A stretch of 64,000 nt of DNA from the human T2T-CHM13v2.0 reference genome, Homo sapiens. The translations under genes and the position numbers were made by a program. Of the stretch, positions 13,060 through 26,040 are shown one piece after another (positions within the stretch are counted from its first letter, which is position 1; each line of letters opens with the position of its first letter). The notes beneath the pieces were generated by a model, which was not told the origin of the DNA, did not search any database, and worked only from the letters and a program-made list of their open reading frames with translations. Where the stretch lies: NCBI RefSeq assembly GCF_009914755.1, contig NC_060929.1; one strand, written 5' to 3'.

Positions 13060-13861
13060 TGGTTTAGTTGCTATAATAAAAGTTGAAAACAGGCTTTAAA
13101 GAAGATAAATTTTTCTTTTTCTTCTAAAAGTCTGGGGAGCTGTAGTGACTCTGCATACAAAGTCCTCAGGGGCCTGGTTTTTCTATGTTGTTATTCCATT
13201 CTGAGTGTTGCTGTCATCTGTTCACCACCTTGTCCACATTTCTGTCCAGCATGGAGAAAGATGAAAAGAGGAAGATGCGGGTGTGCCCCTTCCTTTCAAG
13301 GGCATGTCCAGAAAGTTGTATTTGCATCGCATTGGTTCAAACTTATTCACGTAGTTTCCTTGGGATGCAAGTGAGACTGAGAATTGTGGCTTTTTTCCCC
13401 CTAAGTGCCTGTCTTAGCTCAGGCTGCTATAACAAGACTTATTTGTTAAACAATATAAATTTATTTCTCAATTTATTTATCGAAGGCTTGGAAGTCCAAG
13501 ATCAAGATGCCAAGAGATCTGTTTCCTGGGGAGGGCCTTCTTCCTGGCTTGCAGATGATTGCTTTCTCACTGTGTTCTCATGGCAGAGAGAAAGATAGAG
13601 CTCCGGTCTCTCTTCTTCTTCTTATAAGGATGCTTATCCCATTATAGGGCCACCCCTCAAGACCTCACCTAAACCTAATTACCTTCCAAAGATTCCACCT
13701 CCAAATATTATCACATTGAGAGTTAGGGCTTCAACATATACATTTTGGGAAGACACAGACCTTCACTCCATAACAGTGCCTATTCCTCCTACAAACTGGG
13801 GATTCTATTTTGATAAAAACAAAGAATAGATATTAAAAGATAATTATCAGTCTCTGTGGCA
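13060..13861 (-). mobile_element. Old MaLR LTR (MLT1J/K-like) split by a younger LTR
   Basis: cattggttcaaacttattcac...gggatgcaagtgagactgagaattgt, resuming after 13780 to cagtctctgtggca. Confidence 0.55.
13410..13775 (-). mobile_element. Full-length MLT1A-like solo LTR with 5-bp TSD
   Basis: TG...CA termini (tgtcttagctcaggctgctataaca...ccataaca); GTGCC duplicated at 13405-13409 and 13776-13780. Confidence 0.9.
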
Positions 13862-13964
13862 TTATTTGAGAAGCCAATGCTTAAATTTGGTGGGGTAGGG
13901 TTTTTATGAAATTTTACTGGAAGATACATTCTGGGATGGGTAATACCCTAGCATATCAAGTTTA

Positions 13965-15350
13965 TCCATTCATTCAACAAATATTTACTGAGTATGGCAG
14001 GTACTTTGCTAAATATTGGCATACATTGATGAACAAAGCATACATGTTTTCCACTCTTGTGAAACTTACATTCTTGGGGGGTGGGTGAGAGAAATTGATA
14101 AAATAACCACATATATAAACATATAGGTGGTGGTAAGTGTTATACAGGAAAAAGTAGTGAATCATAAGGGATTTTAAAATACGGCAACCTGCTCTTGTCT
14201 AGCCATCAGAAAAGACTTCCCTGGGTGAAATGTCAGCTGAGATCTGAAGACTAAGGATAGAGGGAAGAGCAACCTAGGCAAATGACACAGTGTGTGCAAA
14301 GGCCCTGAGGTGGAGAGAAGTGTGGCTTGTTTGAAGAACTTAAGGTGGGACATGATAACCAAAGGGAAGAGGGATATGTAATGAGTCTGTAGACATAGAA
14401 AGGTGATAAATTAGGCAAATGTGTAGAAGCTATCTTAAAGATGCTGACCTTCATCCTAAGAGCAATGTGAAACTACTGAAGTGTTTTAGGCTGAGATTAA
14501 CACAATCAGATTTACAATTTGGAAAAGCTCACTCAGGTGGCCTGTGGGAGAATGGATTCCAGGGGACATACAAAGATGAGTGAAGAAGTTATTGGAGGGG
14601 TCCAGGTGAGGAATGATAGTAGCTTGGAATTAGGCAGTAGTAGTAGATGAAAAGAAGTGGATGTATGCAGAAGACATTTAGGACACAAAAAATCAACACA
14701 TTTAGTGATATATTGGATATATATCCAATGGGTATCAGATGAGTAGAATGTCAGACAGTAGGGGTCAGAGATGACTTTTGTTTTCTGGTTTAAGTAATTG
14801 GATGGATGGTGGTGCCATTCACTCATAGGGTACTTTGGGAAAGGACTAGGCTTTAAGAGGAAGATCATGAGTTGGATATGTTGAGCTTGAAGGCCTTTGT
14901 GATATTTAAATGCAAATGTCAAGAAGGCAGTTGTTTAAATGGGTAGAAATTTAGACAGTAGTTTAGCTGGAAATATAAATATATTTGGGAAACATTTAAA
15001 AATGAAGAGAATTGAGGCCACACCTTGGATGGTGCAGAGAAAGAAGTCTGTTTTGGGAAGGGTCTGGGGGAATGAGAACATATAAAGGCTGATTAAGAAG
15101 TGGGTGAAACAGCAAAATCAATGGAACTAGAAGGTGGGCAGAGAAGGAAAACTAGAAGCCTGTGGTGTTAAAGAAGACAAAGTAAGATAAGTCAAATGCA
15201 GGGAGAAGTCAGATAAGATGAGAGCTGAAAATGTTCTTTGAATTTAGCAAAAAGAATAAATAGCTGGTGTTGTTGGAATCGTTTTGGATGTATGAAAGCC
15301 ACTGGATTGAGAAGTGCACTGAAGGTGAGGAAAGAGAGACAGCAGGTTGG
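13965..15350 (-). mobile_element. L2 (3' ~1.4 kb)
   Basis: cattcattcaacaaatatttactgag tail, tgcaaaggccctgagg, gtccaggtgaggaatgatag, ggatggtggtgccattcact. Confidence 0.9.
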
Positions 15351-15499
15351 TACCTGAGGATCGAATTGGATTGATCTTTTGTCTTTGGTTCATTGTCTTA
15401 TCTTCATTTTTGGCCTCAAACTCACTGCCTGTTTTTCTCATTGGCCCCATTTTTATAAATTTGATTTACATCATTCATTTGAACTTTTGTATTTTTAAT

Positions 15500-15985
15500 C
15501 ACCAATGTGTTTACACATGAAAAATATGTAATATGATTTTGAGTCTTTCTTTTAAAAATTATCTAAATTCTGTTGCACTACACTGCGCTTCTGTTTCTTG
15601 AATTTTTTCACCCAACCTCTCAACATGTTGTTTTTTAAGTCTATCCATGTGGACCTAGTTTGTTTCTTTTTTTAATGGCATCTCAGTTTTTCTAAGATGG
15701 GAATTTAAGTTGTTCTCAAACTCTTAATACCACATATGATGAAATAAGAAGCACTATTGTATATGTATTTTGGATTTGGTACGTAAGTTTCTCTTGGGTG
15801 TATGTCTAGGGGTGTATGTTTTATTGAATTTTAGAATATGCACAGACTCACTTTCATAAAATATTGCCAGAGTACTCTGTAGGATGGCTGGCCAGGTTAC
15901 ATTCCTGCCAGCTGCACAAGTGAGACCCCATTTCCTTGTATGCTTCCTAGCATTTGATTCTGATATTTTGATTTGGGGCATTTAG
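15500..15985 (-). mobile_element. L1ME-like 3' fragment
   Basis: tctatccatgtgg...gtttctcttgggtgtatgtctagg...ttacattcctgccagc, antisense old-L1 3' region. Confidence 0.7.
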
Positions 15986-17861
15986 TTTTTTTGTCTAGCA
16001 GTAATATTATAATGGTGACTATCATGAACATAAATGATTAGATCTATATCGTGAAGTTTAAGGAAAATAAAGACTATACATGGAATTAACTCTCAATATT
16101 TAGTAATGAAATGATTAAATTTAGGCCAGTTTTCCATTCTTGGCCACACCTCTTCCTGCTTCAAGATTGCCATTCCCCCTCATTTGTGTAATATGCTTAA
16201 AGAATCCAACAACTAAATAAAATATTTATAGAGAAATTTATAAAAACTAAATCCTCTGAAACCTAAAGTGAGAAATTACAAGTTAACAGTAACCTATTTG
16301 TCAGTTGTAAGATAACCTACTCTTACTCTGAGTTACTGGAAAGATACTCTTAGAGACAGACCATTTTCCAGTTGTCTTTCTTTCAAAGTTTGGAAAGTTT
16401 CAGAAAACTTCTGAAGTTTCTGGGAGCACTTTGAAATGAAGATAAGGTTCTGAGTCACCAAGTTCCATGGGAATTATAAAATTAAGAAAAATAAATATGT
16501 AGTTTATATTTTTGTTCCCTATTTGTGTGCCTTCTGTTTGTATTTATATTGGCATTCATGATAACTTTATAACCCCAACCTTCCTCTCTTCCTATTAGCT
16601 ATGAATGCAAATATTTCCAATCAAAGTACTTCATTTCTGTTTATATTCCATGGTATCTATCAGTAGGTTATTGGAGTGTGCTCACTCAAATTCAGGTATT
16701 TCCACAACAAACAGGATTTTAAATAACTCTTTAAATAGCAACTTTAAACTACAAGTGATGAAATAACCAAAAAATATTTTTTGGAAAAAAAGAAAAAACC
16801 AAACAAGCACATGTAACTCAGAGATGGCTGTGAGTAAGGCATAAGACTGTGGATCGTTTGGCCTCTAATCTCTCCTCACCAGGGATTTGTGATAGTTTGA
16901 TAGTCAGGGAGCTTGGTCTATCTCTCAGCTTATTTTATTTTTTTTGACTTTTTGGTGTTGGATCTCATTTTTTATCCCATTAATCCTATTGACTGAAAAA
17001 ATAATGATCTACTAGGTTCTTTTAACTTCTAAGAAATATAGACATGCTCAGATTACCTTATTTAATGGGGTTTATTGTAATGATACCCCGGGAAACATGG
17101 AAGCATGAAACAGTTTCAACCACTAATCACTCAAGCTTCAAGGAAACTGCAATGTATTTTAGGATACAGTTAGGATACAGTTCTTAATAGCTCTGACATC
17201 CTATTACTCAGAAACTGAAAAACCTATTGCTCCCTATTCCATGGGCCATCTTTATGTTAACATCTCTTGCTATTTCTGCATCTACTTCTCCTGACACTTC
17301 TCCTTGAACCTTCTTTGTAAATGTCAAGTTCAAGTCTTTTCTCCAACAGGGTGGTATAGTTAATCATCATCCATTTTAGGCTTCACCTTCCCTTATCTAC
17401 ATATGAAGCTGGGTTCTTATATGAGTTTGCTTTCTAATTTGCTAACAGCCTCTAGTGTCTGCCTCTGGTTCAGCTGTTCATGCAGGTCCAAACATTGTGG
17501 CCACTGTACCAGCAATGCTTATGTGTGAACAAATGGTCATGGCAGGACTCTGAGACTGTCTTGAAGTAATCAATATAACTAGGAAGTATCTTGCTTGACC
17601 AGATGAATACAGACTACATCTGACTATTTTGTTAAACATGTAGGAGAGACTTACTTTAGCTGCAGGCATTTTCATGTCCAAGATGATTGTTTTCTAAGGG
17701 TTTCCTTCAAAGCTAGTATGGTCAATTTGAACTGGTTTTCCTGGAAGTTTCCAGGTTCAAGCATTGAAGGTTTCATATACTGGGAAATTCCTGTCCCAGG
17801 CATCTGGGGGGTGGGGGCGGGAGACTGGTTATACTAAAGCATATTCTTTCACATTTTTCTT

Positions 17862-18008
17862 CCTTCCTCCCTCCCTCTTTCCCCTCCTCTCTCTCTCCCT
17901 CCCCTCTCTCTCCCTCCCTTCCTCCCTCTCTTTTTCCTTCCTTCCTTCCTCCCTGTCTCCCTCCTTTCTGCTCTCCCTCTCCTCTCTCTCCCTCCCTTCC
18001 TTTATTTC
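17862..18008. repeat. CT-rich polypyrimidine low-complexity tract
   Basis: ~145 bp of almost only C/T (CCCT, CCTT, CT units). Confidence 0.95.
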
Positions 18009-18680
18009 TTCCACAAATGTTTATGAAGTACCTGTTATATCAATCTCTGTACTGGGTGGTGGAGAAATAGTGGGGAAGGGGACAGATATATCCTGTATTC
18101 TTTTTGAACTCACAGGTCTATAGTGGCAGACAGAACCTGAACAAGTAATTCTAAGTGTGATGAGCAAGTGGAAAAGCAAAGTGCAAGGTATCCTGGGGGA
18201 GAAGACTGGAACTTGGAAGAATCTACCTGGAGGAGAGTGGATAGTGAGGAAACAACTGAGAAAAGGACACTCTCATAAATTATATTCAAATGTGTGTGGG
18301 GGGCGGGAAGGGGACAGAGTGCTAATAAACAAGTGAACAAAGTGAGTGCTCTGAAACAAATCAAACTGGGTGATGAGGCAGCACCTTGACAAGCGGTCAG
18401 GTAGTCAGGTAGTCAGGGAATTTCTCTTAGGGGAGGCAATATTTTGGTTAAGACCTGCTTGGGAGGAAGGAGTTAGTCATCCGTAGTCATGAGAATGGAA
18501 AGGGGGCCAGTGTCACTGGCCTTAATGAGTGGTAGGAGATGAGGGAAGAGAAATAGACAGAGTCCAGATCACATAAAGTATCGAGTCTTAAAAGTCCATG
18601 ATAAAAACTTGGATTTTATATTTTATAGCAGGTGTGATGGGAAGGGTTTTATGCAGAATAACCCGATCTCAATTCAAGGG
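18009..18680 (-). mobile_element. L2 3' fragment
   Basis: acaaatgtttatgaagtacctg...gaactcacaggtctatagtgg...cttggattttat. Confidence 0.7.
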
Positions 18681-19391
18681 ATATTATTTTCCTTTATGTG
18701 TGAGACGGTTAAAGCCTGAAGAAGTAATACTAACTATAATACTTAAGCTGGAGAGATTATGAGGTTGACAGTATCAATGCCATTGAGAATTTAGGGAGAG
18801 GTAATAGCTTACGGAGAAAGAAATTTCAACATGTTAAGTTTAAGAGGGATAGTGAAGCATAAGAATTCCTGGTTAATAATTTTAATTTGAAGCTGGTTTT
18901 TAATGTAATATTTAGAGGTATTGTGTACTTCTACCAGTGGTTAAAGGTATGTGATTATATTAATTCCCCAGAACAATGTAAACAGAAATGAAAAAACAGA
19001 GAACCCAGGACGATATGAGAAGACAAGTCCAATTTGATGGTGTCAAATGTTTGAAATGTGTCTTTGAGGCATTTAAAATGGCAAAAATCCCTTGAGCTCA
19101 GCACATAATTATTGTCTAAAAATAATAGTCTACGTACTAAAACACTTTTAAGTCCCATATAGACCAACTATGAACAACCCTTATCTTAGGGAAGAGTCCC
19201 TGATTCTCAGACTTTTAAAGCAATACTAACTAGTTATCCCTGGAAACACACAAATTTCTACTTGGCCAATTACACAAAGTAGAGGACTACAAAATATTTT
19301 TTCAGAATGGAAAGATTTTATTTTATTTTTAAAATGAAATCTTTTCTCCATAAAAAGAAAAATATATTTATATGTGATTTAAAAATTAGTT

Positions 19392-19652
19392 TCTTTCTTT
19401 TTTATTTCAGTAGTTTTTGGGAAACAGGTGGTGTTTGGTTACATGGATAACTTCCTTAATGATGATTTCTGAGGTTTTGGTGCACCCATCACCTGAGCAG
19501 TATACACTGCACCCAATGTGTAGTCTTTTATACCTCACCCACTCCCACCCTTGCCCCCGAGTCCCCAGAGTCCATTATATCATTCTTATGCCTTTGTGTC
19601 CTCATGGCTTAGCTCCCACTTATAAGTGACAACATTCGATGTTTGGTTTTCC
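19392..19652 (-). mobile_element. 5'-truncated L1PB (L1PB1-like) 3' end
   Basis: tttttgggaaacaggtggtgtttggttacatgg...cttagctcccacttataagtga; 17-bp TSD at 19303-19319 and 19652-19668. Confidence 0.92.
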
Positions 19653-19719
19653 AGATTGGAAAGATTTTAAATGCAGTTTTAAAGAACACGTGCATTTTTA
19701 GTTTTAAAATGCTTCTTAT

Positions 19720-19808
19720 CAGATATATAAGAAGAATAAGTTCTAGTATTCTGTACACTGTAGGATGACTCTCGTTAGCAAAAACATATTACATAATTTC
19801 AAATTGCT
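19720..19808 (+). mobile_element. L1MA 3'UTR fragment
   Basis: gaataagttctagtattctgtacactgtaggatgact...ttcaaattgct. Confidence 0.75.
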
Positions 19809-22049
19809 GCTTTTCTTTGAACAGCCTATTTTTGGTGAAAAGTAAAGTCCCTTTAGCAAGAAAAATTGGACAATTGACAATATCTTCCATTTCATGTGCA
19901 CATGAATCAGAAAGGTCGAGCTGATGCTCAGCTCATCCTTCAGAAGGTTGACAAGGGAGCAGATCGAGAAGGAGAAAACATGGTAAATGAAGAAAGAAAA
20001 GAGGAACAAGTGAAGAGTGAAGGAATAGGGTTCTCAGCATAGGGAGAGCTAGCCTAAGGGGGTCTTCATGATCCACTTGGAGAGGCAGGGAGTGATTAAT
20101 AATGGACTCATCCAAGAAGATTAGTAGAAACTAGGGCAGTCACGGAGAGAGGAGTGATAGGAAACTCCCCAACTTCCCATACTATGGTAACAGGTGCTCT
20201 GAGGACCATAAGGTATAGGTAGCATTTCTTCTGTGCAGATGATACAGGGGATGATATAACTTGTAAATAATCTCAGAGATAGTAAATACTGGAACAAGAG
20301 CTACAGCAATCATGTGTTCTTATTCTTAATTTTCCAGCAGAGTCACAATTTCAGATTTCTACTTAGTGGTACCCAAAGAACATTTTTATTTCTGAAACCA
20401 TGTGTTTCAACTTACTAGAAGCTATGTGTTTTGGGTCCTGGTCCAGCACTCTTTTCACTATACTTACCACCTTATCTCTCAGAGGGAGTCTGTCAGATTT
20501 TGTAACTTTGACAGATATTATTCCATAAGAGGTTTACCCAATGGATATCTAACAGGGAAGTGAAATTCTTCTCACAGTTGGTATGATTTACTCTTAAATT
20601 ATGAATGACCACTGGGCAACATATTTGAGATGGAAACTTATGTAATATGATTAAGCTATGTTCTCCAGAGTGGCATTCGTTTTACTTCAGCAATAAATAC
20701 CAGAGAAAAACAATAATTGGTTTTGTATGGAAGAACAAGGGAAGTATTTTATCTTCCTAACTCAAGTGTTGGAACATTTTGGCAGTGTGGGCGAGAAGGA
20801 TATTAGAAATAGGGCTGAAATGTAGTATATGTTAGAGAGAGAGAAAAGCCTTGGCCTCTTGCTAATCTACTTATCCTTCCGAGTGAGAATGCCACCACCT
20901 GTGATTTAGTATTTAGAAACTACTTTGACTTAAAAAATAAAAATTTAAGGAGCAGTCATTAATAATTTGGCCAAGAGGAATATCAAAGTTTGAAAATGAT
21001 TCAAGAATACAACACAACAAAATTTGAAGCAAAGCATCTTGATTGGTGAGAAATTCAAATAGGTGCAGACCATATTTGTGAATAGTAGGCTGAGGAGAGG
21101 TAGCTTGTTTTGAATGTAGGTAATACACAAAATGAAGATGCTGATTATGAACAGTAAAAGCCTTTAGAAGTTTGGTAATTTTGAACTGAAAATTACATTA
21201 GTGGGCATACTCTCTGACTTTAAAAATATGCCTTGTGGAGAATGCCTTATCTAATGAGCTTTTTGCTAGAAACAGAGTGTCATGTAAGCTGGGAATAATT
21301 AGAAAAATAGGTCTTGTAGAGAATCTCTGATTTATAGGACTTTTTGCTGAACACAGATGGTTGGGTTTCTAGAAGACTCTTATTGAATGTCTTACTAGAT
21401 AATGTAGAGGATTAAAAATTATCTCAGAGGTGCCTTTGCTCTCAAGAAGCTTATAGTCAAGTAATGAAGATAAGTCATACATGATGAGCTGATCAATCAC
21501 TTTTTGACTTTTATCTTCTTGTATTTTCTGTGTTACATATTATGTAGCCAAAATGTGTTATCTAAATTTCTACCAAATACTAAACACATTTGAACCTTTT
21601 CTCAGATTTTTCACTTAGGAAACACTTTCTTCCCCCAATCTCTGCAAACCCAAATCCTACCAAACTTTCTGGGCCAGCATGCTGTTGTATTTGGCTAAGT
21701 TAGAAGAAAAGCTTTCATCATTAAGGAGGCTGAGAAATTAGACATTGTGTTGTCAGAATCACTGTCAGCCTGGATGCTGAAGTCACTGAGAACAGTGGCT
21801 GATTGTGGAGTGAAAAGGATGGCTATGAGCAAGTGGCTGATAAAATGAAAGAAGATGGAACTGTTTTAGAAACTAGTAGAGGATGGAACACAGCGAGGAA
21901 AAGGTGACTTAAATGGAAGTTTTCCCCTTAGAAGAACAGAGGTAATTGAGGGAGAATTGCAAGTGAGTAGTTTGAGAACAATGATTGGGAAGAAAGAGAA
22001 ACTATTTTATCAGAAGCCCCAGGAGTGGGATATTCAAAACTGGATATGT

Positions 22050-22455
<406 letters not shown>

Positions 22456-23479
22456 CTAGGAGTTTGTTCCTGAATGAACAGGGCTTCCATAGAACAGAGT
22501 GGGAGGGATAGACTGGGTGGTTCAAGTGTTGGCATTGGAGGGACCTCGTGGTACAGATAAAAGAGGATGGAGGAAATTGGAAGGGGTGGAAGCATGCTCT
22601 GAGGATGCAGATAGCGAATAACTGGATTAGAAAGTGTAGTGGATTAGGAGAGAGCATAAAGGGATTTAATAAGAAAAGGAAGAAGTGAATGTGAAAGAAG
22701 TGACGTACATTTTTAAGTATGATTATTTACCAGACTTGAAATCAGTGAGCTGTAGATTTCAGTAACAACTATCAGCTAATAGAACTTTGAGGCTAGTGGC
22801 TTAATATGTTTAAGTCTATTTCTTAATCTGTAGAATGGAGATAATGACACTTGCTGGATATTTCTCACAGGTTGTCTTGAGAATCATATTAAATATGATC
22901 ATATTTAATATTTAATATGATTTGATCATATTTAATATGATTATGTTAAACACATATTTTCTTGGGAAAAGGAATGTTATCATTTAAGTGAGATGACTTG
23001 ATACATTATAAATTGCTGTTTAAACGTAACAATTAGAATTATTTTTATTGGAGAAATAAGGATTTATCAGCCCCAGAGTTCCAAGTAGATCACGAGTATG
23101 AATCAAAATTTTATTTTATGATGATATGCATCTGAAGAAATGACTTCCTCTACTCAGTAAATCAGCATTTCCTTCTTAGGTGAACTACACTATGTGAATA
23201 AGATTCAACCAAATTGCCACAGAGAATTGAATTCTGGAATCCAATGAAAGAAAGGAGATTAAAATTAGGGGGCTTTAAGAGCTGTAATTGTCTTTAGACC
23301 TTAGGGTCTTCTGGTAAGAAAAAAAAAGGAAAAAAATTATATCAATCTGCAGCTGTCTGCTTCATTCTTCCATAGACAGGCTGTTCATGTTATTGAAAAT
23401 TGTTTCCAATACTATGTTCTGTGTTTAGGAAAAGGGTGCTAGAGGGGAGTAATTACAAGTACTCTGGCCTTTCATTTCA

Positions 23480-24160
23480 ACCCAAGAATCTTAAGTGACA
23501 GCTGTTTGAGGGACTTGTCATTCAATTAAGTGGTTTGAGACTTTGCCAGTGGTTAAAAACCCTGTGGTTCATAGGAGTTTGCAGCCATAGGGCCGCGTAG
23601 TCTCACCAGAGCACTCGTGTTTCATTGCAAACCATTGCTTTCTTGGCCACAAGGATGCCGGACAGACGTCCTGACCACGATGTTTATTTCTTGAGGGCAA
23701 AAATCACAATGAAAATTGGACCCGAGTCTAAGAGTAAATGATTTTTTTCCCCTCTGAAATGTATAACATGGTAGTTAGAAATGAAATGATTGTAAATGTT
23801 TTTCATTCAGTGAGAAGATGCAGAAAGGGTTAGTAGGAGAGTGAGATTTTCTTTTTACTCTTTCTTTCCTCCCCATCAAATGGTGATTCTATTTCTAAAT
23901 GATTTAAGTTTATCTTTCATAAATGATATTGCACTAGGTATACGTGGGATGAAAAGAAAGTGGAAAGCAAAGTACTTTGGAGAATTTGCAATGAGTAGGG
24001 GAGTTACAACTGATAACAATTTCAAGGCAATTCATAAGCCATGGTGGTACTGTTAAGTACCAATAGAGTTCAGAAGCGCCTGAGAGTTACGTAATGACCT
24101 CCCTCAAGTGAGATTCCTAAACAGCAATGGGAGAGAATGCACTCAGCGCATGCTTCCAAT
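23480..24160. promoter_or_regulatory. Candidate enhancer (non-repetitive, CpG-retaining, motif-dense)
   Basis: TGACAGCTG 23496, TTAAGTGG 23526, TGTGGTT 23563, 7 CpGs in 23590-23725, GTTACGTAAT 24086; motif inference only. Confidence 0.4.
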
Positions 24161-24659
24161 GGGATAGATATCCCTCCCCTGAACTAGGTCTCTAGGTGTC
24201 AGTCTGATCCATCTCTCTTCATTTCCTCTGTTTTGGTTGTCTTCTGCTTGGCTTTTTTTTTTTCTTGTGTAATACATATTAGAAGCCTAGTATTATTTAT
24301 TAAGTCATTAGTCCTTTTATTTTCCATGGATACAATCTTGCTTTTTCCTTTGAGAACTAGTTAGGGTTGTCTTGACAAGTTCTATTTCATGGAATAAATT
24401 CCTAATCTTAAGGACTTTTAGAATATTATGCTAAAATCTTTTAAAGCAATATTACTAAGACCTTCAAAACCATTATAGATGTAATAAAGAGATTGATTTT
24501 GAGAACTTGTCCTATAGGCTAGTAGTGACAACACAAAATTTTCTTCCCTCAATTTTATGCAATTGCAACGTAAACATATTGGGTGAGTGTGATGGAACTA
24601 ATGTAAGATAAAAATATTTAAGTATGAAAAGGCAAAATGAGGTTAACTTGCCCTAATCT

Positions 24660-25330
24660 TTTATGTCCTGCCTTGATGTCATCCAAATGACCTATTAGAA
24701 TAAAATCGCCTTTATTTAAAATTTGGTGGTCAAGCAGGAAGCCTTTCTTATCAATGTCTGTCCTTGCACCAGGAATTAAAGAAGCCTACTCCCTCAGAAC
24801 AAAGGACATTCCCATTCAAAAAATTGCCCCCATAACCCTAACCTGATACCTGTTTGCCTTTAAACCTTCCACAGTAGGTCATTCCTCAGGCACATGAAGG
24901 CATCTCCTCTCCCAGCTCCACATTTATCAGCAAAAAAAAGCAAACACCACCATTTCACAGGTACACAGTGTCTCCACACCTATTACAGTGGGGGCAGTGG
25001 TGACCTTACCCTGGCCCAAGCCACCCGTGAGGAGCCTTTGATGTGACCGGAGCCTCATGTTTTAATACAGTCTAAACATCTCACATTCAAACTGCATGAG
25101 TCCTCTTTCCAGCCATATTAGAAGTGATATCAAAGGCAGTCACATTTTAATGGTCTTTACCCTAAGACAGGGCAAGGGACCAGGGTAAGCTTGGTGAGGC
25201 TGTGTTTCTTCCCTGTTTTTACCTCTCCTGCCGTCTACATCCATCTTTCTGTCCCCAATTTATCTGCATGCCACATGTCTATCATGTGCAGGATAGACTG
25301 GTTCCGTGAAAAGAAAGAGCCCTCACAGAA
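24660..25330. promoter_or_regulatory. Candidate enhancer with TCF/LEF and nuclear-receptor half-sites
   Basis: CCTTTGATG 25035, ATCAAAGG 25129, several TGACCT/AGGTCA, GATA sites; GC higher than flanks. Confidence 0.35.
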
Positions 25331-25794
25331 AATAAGCCCACTTCCTTTTACAAGTTAAAAAAATATGCCACAGGGGGTAATTCTACATTGTCTTTTCCCA
25401 GCAGAGTGGGTGATGTTCATATTTGGGGTTAGGCACTTGGTGGATTTATAGCGCAGTGAGAGAGTTGTCACAAGAGGATGATAATTAGCAAGTGGACCAA
25501 GGAAACCAGGAGTTCCAACTTTCATTTTACAGGCTTATAGCTGGTGCTTGTTTGAGCAGGAAGAAAGTTTAACTGTCATATGGTACAAGAAATTTATTTT
25601 ACAGATGAGGTTATTCTTGGTGTCAAATAGAGTGAAACTCTTAAGGAAAAAGATTCAGTGATCAAATTATGTCATGTATGGGATGGTGTTGAAAAACTTT
25701 GAGGAACTATCTTTCATTATAACACACACATGCACACGGAAGTTAAATCTTATGTAAAGACACCTTGAAGGTCATTTTTACTTATGGACTCACA

Positions 25795-26040
25795 GTAATA
25801 ATAACAACACACATTTACTACCTGATTATATGCCTCATACTCTTCTAAGCACTTGATAGATTTAATTTATCTAGCCCTGATAGCAACTCTCTGAGGTAGG
25901 TACTATTACTCTCATTCCAATGGAAAATTGGAGGCAGAGAGAAGCTGAGTAACTAACTCAAGGTCACCCAGCTGGGAAGTGGCAGGGGTAGGACCCAACG
26001 CAGGAACTTGGCTGCTGTGTCTGTGCCCTAATCTACCACA
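25795..26040 (-). mobile_element. MIR
   Basis: gaggtaggtactattact...ggaaaattggaggcagagagaagctgagtaactaactcaaggtcacccagctgggaagtggcagg. Confidence 0.88.

Noticed and set aside
17764-18123. S/L/P-rich and E/R-rich ORFs
   Set aside because: Translation artefacts of the CT-rich tract
19900-20045. Protein-like plus frame MNQKGRADAQLILQKVDK... (similar at 26520-26690)
   Set aside because: Short, purine-rich, no convincing splice boundaries; shows how easily such sequence mimics coding
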